From: Lama glama | Taxonomy: Eukaryota | DNA length: 64,000 nt | Assembly: GCA_028534125.1 (NCBI GenBank) | Contig: CM052846.1 | Span: 682,001-746,000, forward strand | Direction of reading: 5' to 3' | Shown: positions 62,340 to 64,000 of the stretch, piece after piece | Layout: each line of letters begins with the position of its first letter | Position numbering within the stretch: the first letter of the stretch is position 1 | The notes under the pieces: generated by a model | The model's input: only the letters and a program-made list of their open reading frames with translations | Told to the model about the DNA's origin: nothing | Database searches by the model: none | Translations under genes and position numbers: made by a program

Positions 62340-63450
62340 GGGTGAACGGGGGAGGGAAAGTGGCATCTCCGGGCGGCGTGGCCGGGCGAGACCTCTCTGC
62401 GGAGGTGGCGTTGCAGTGGAGACACACAGACGAGGGGCCAGCCTCGCGCAGGGGAAGGAGAGCGGTGCTCCCGGCAGAGGGAAACGCAGGAAGCGGTGCG
62501 CTGCGTGAGGGCCTGTGCGTGGGCACCAGGTGTGACCAGGGCCACCGGGGAGGGTGGGTGCAGGTGACGGTCGGAGCAGCATGGACACGCCCGTGGGACA
62601 GGGTGATGTCGGGATTTCATCAAGGCGCCACGGGAAGCCCCTGGAGGCTTTGAGGCGGCGGAGGTGCGACCTGACCTGTCCGGCTAGGGGGCAGATGTGA
62701 CCCTGGTGGGGGGCCTGTGGGCGGCAGTGACATAGCCGTGTGCTGGGCTGCAGGTGGAAGGGGCGGAGCCGGTGAGACAATCAGACGCAGGAGGAATTAA
62801 GTTAGAGGCCGCACCTGCGGATGGACTGGATGTGGCCCCGAGGAGGAGAGGGACCCAGGGTGGTGTTTGGGGTTTGTCTCAAGAGACTGAGAGTGACCAT
62901 TGCCGTCCACCTGGAGGAGCTCCGGGAGGAGAAGCGGGTTTCAGTCCGGAGCAGGAGGCGTTGCCGCGTCGGCTTTGTCCGTTGGGGGCTCTGTTAGCCG
63001 TCGGGGCGACCCTGTCGGGGGATGGGGAGGTCTAGGAACCGGCCCCGGGGAGAGGCTGGGACCAGAGGCCCACGTTTCAGAGCCACGGGTGGGTGAATGC
63101 TTTCCCGGCCGTGGATTAAGCGGGGAGACCCCAGAGCGGGTGCGGAGGGATGGACCTTCTTGGAGGAAGAGCCGGTGGAGACCAAGAGGGAAGGCGGAAG
63201 GCCGGCCAAGGGAGGAATCGGCTTCAGGAGAAAGGCCACACCACCGTGACGGACGGACGGGGCAGGACAGTGGCAGGGGGCGTAATCACCGTCTTTGGCC
63301 TGACGCAGCGCCCCAGCGACCTTGACAGGAGCGACGCCAGCAGCACAATGGGAGCAGAGCTGACGGGAGTCGCGGGCCAACAAGTGGAAAGTGCGAACCA
63401 GAGTGTACGTGCTTCTTTAAGAAGAGTTGTACTGTGGAGCAGAGCAGCGG
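62340..63450 (-). mobile_element. Long L2a relic, strongly GC-shifted
   Basis: gacctctctgcggaggtggcgttg, cccggcagagggaa, gggaagcccctggaggctttgag, ggatggactggatgtgg and gcgaccttgacaggagc occur collinearly with antisense L2. Confidence 0.7.
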
Positions 63451-63567
63451 ACCAGGGCCGTGGGCGGGTTGGGGTGGCGTGGGGAGGGCGTGGCGCCCAG
63501 GGAGGGTCTTCACGTTTCCGGTGGTGACTGTGATCACAGCCAGCATCTTCACCGTCACAGTGACCAC

Positions 63568-63760
63568 CACTTACTGAGGTTTAACACGGGCCAGGTTCTG
63601 TGCCGAGCACTTTCCACGCGGACTCTTGTTGCTTCTTTTGGCAAATCCGTGGAGGCTCTGCAGTTGTTGTCAGTTTAGAGGTGCGAGAAGAGAGGAACCA
63701 GGCCCTGAATCTGGTGATAGAACTCAGTCTAACCTAGATGTGTCCAATGCTAAACCAGAG
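63568..63760 (-). mobile_element. MIR fragment
   Basis: cacttactgagg...gccaggttctgtgccgagcacttt. Confidence 0.6.
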
Positions 63761-63832
63761 TCAGTGTCTCAAACACAGTGGATCGGTGTGGCCCCTCTAA
63801 GTGACCAGCTGAGGAAGAGTGAAGTTCTCAAC

Positions 63833-64000
63833 TGTACTTAGTTAAGACCTGCTTTTGTTTGCAAGGAATAGAATCCCAACTCAAACTGACTTACGCACAG
63901 AAAAGTGAGAGCATTTAATGCACGTATCTCAAAAATCCAGAAGTAGATCTGACTTCAGGTACAGCAGGATCCAGGGGCTCAAGCTGGGTGACCAGGTTAG
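63833..64000 (-). mobile_element. MLT1J/K-like MaLR LTR (runs off window)
   Basis: tgtacttagttaag...ttgcaaggaatagaatcccaactcaaactgactta...gacttcaggtacagcaggatccaggggctcaa. Confidence 0.8.

Overview
A 64-kb, GC- and CpG-rich, apparently non-coding mammalian region (intronic or intergenic). It is most likely from a camelid: a vic-1-like tRNA-derived SINE lies at ~62.2 kb and camelid/cetartiodactyl-type L1 3' ends at ~6.9 kb and ~44.6 kb. I recognise no protein-coding gene, and the many ORFs look like GC-rich artefacts. The window holds ancient repeats (L2, MIR, L1MC/L1ME, MER20, MER103-like, MLT1K-like, MER31-like LTR), younger L1 fragments, two CpG islands (~4.3-5.4 kb and ~60.3-60.7 kb), several AT-rich enhancer-like motif clusters, candidate minus-strand exons and a 500-N assembly gap. 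The most notable signal is local templated insertion. Two 100-175 bp pieces of unique DNA have been copied 1.3-2.2 kb away into the middle of old transposons (MER20 and an L1), and the host elements give the direction of copying; a possible third insertion lies in an L1MC. Repeat family names come from my recall of consensus sequences, not from a database search.
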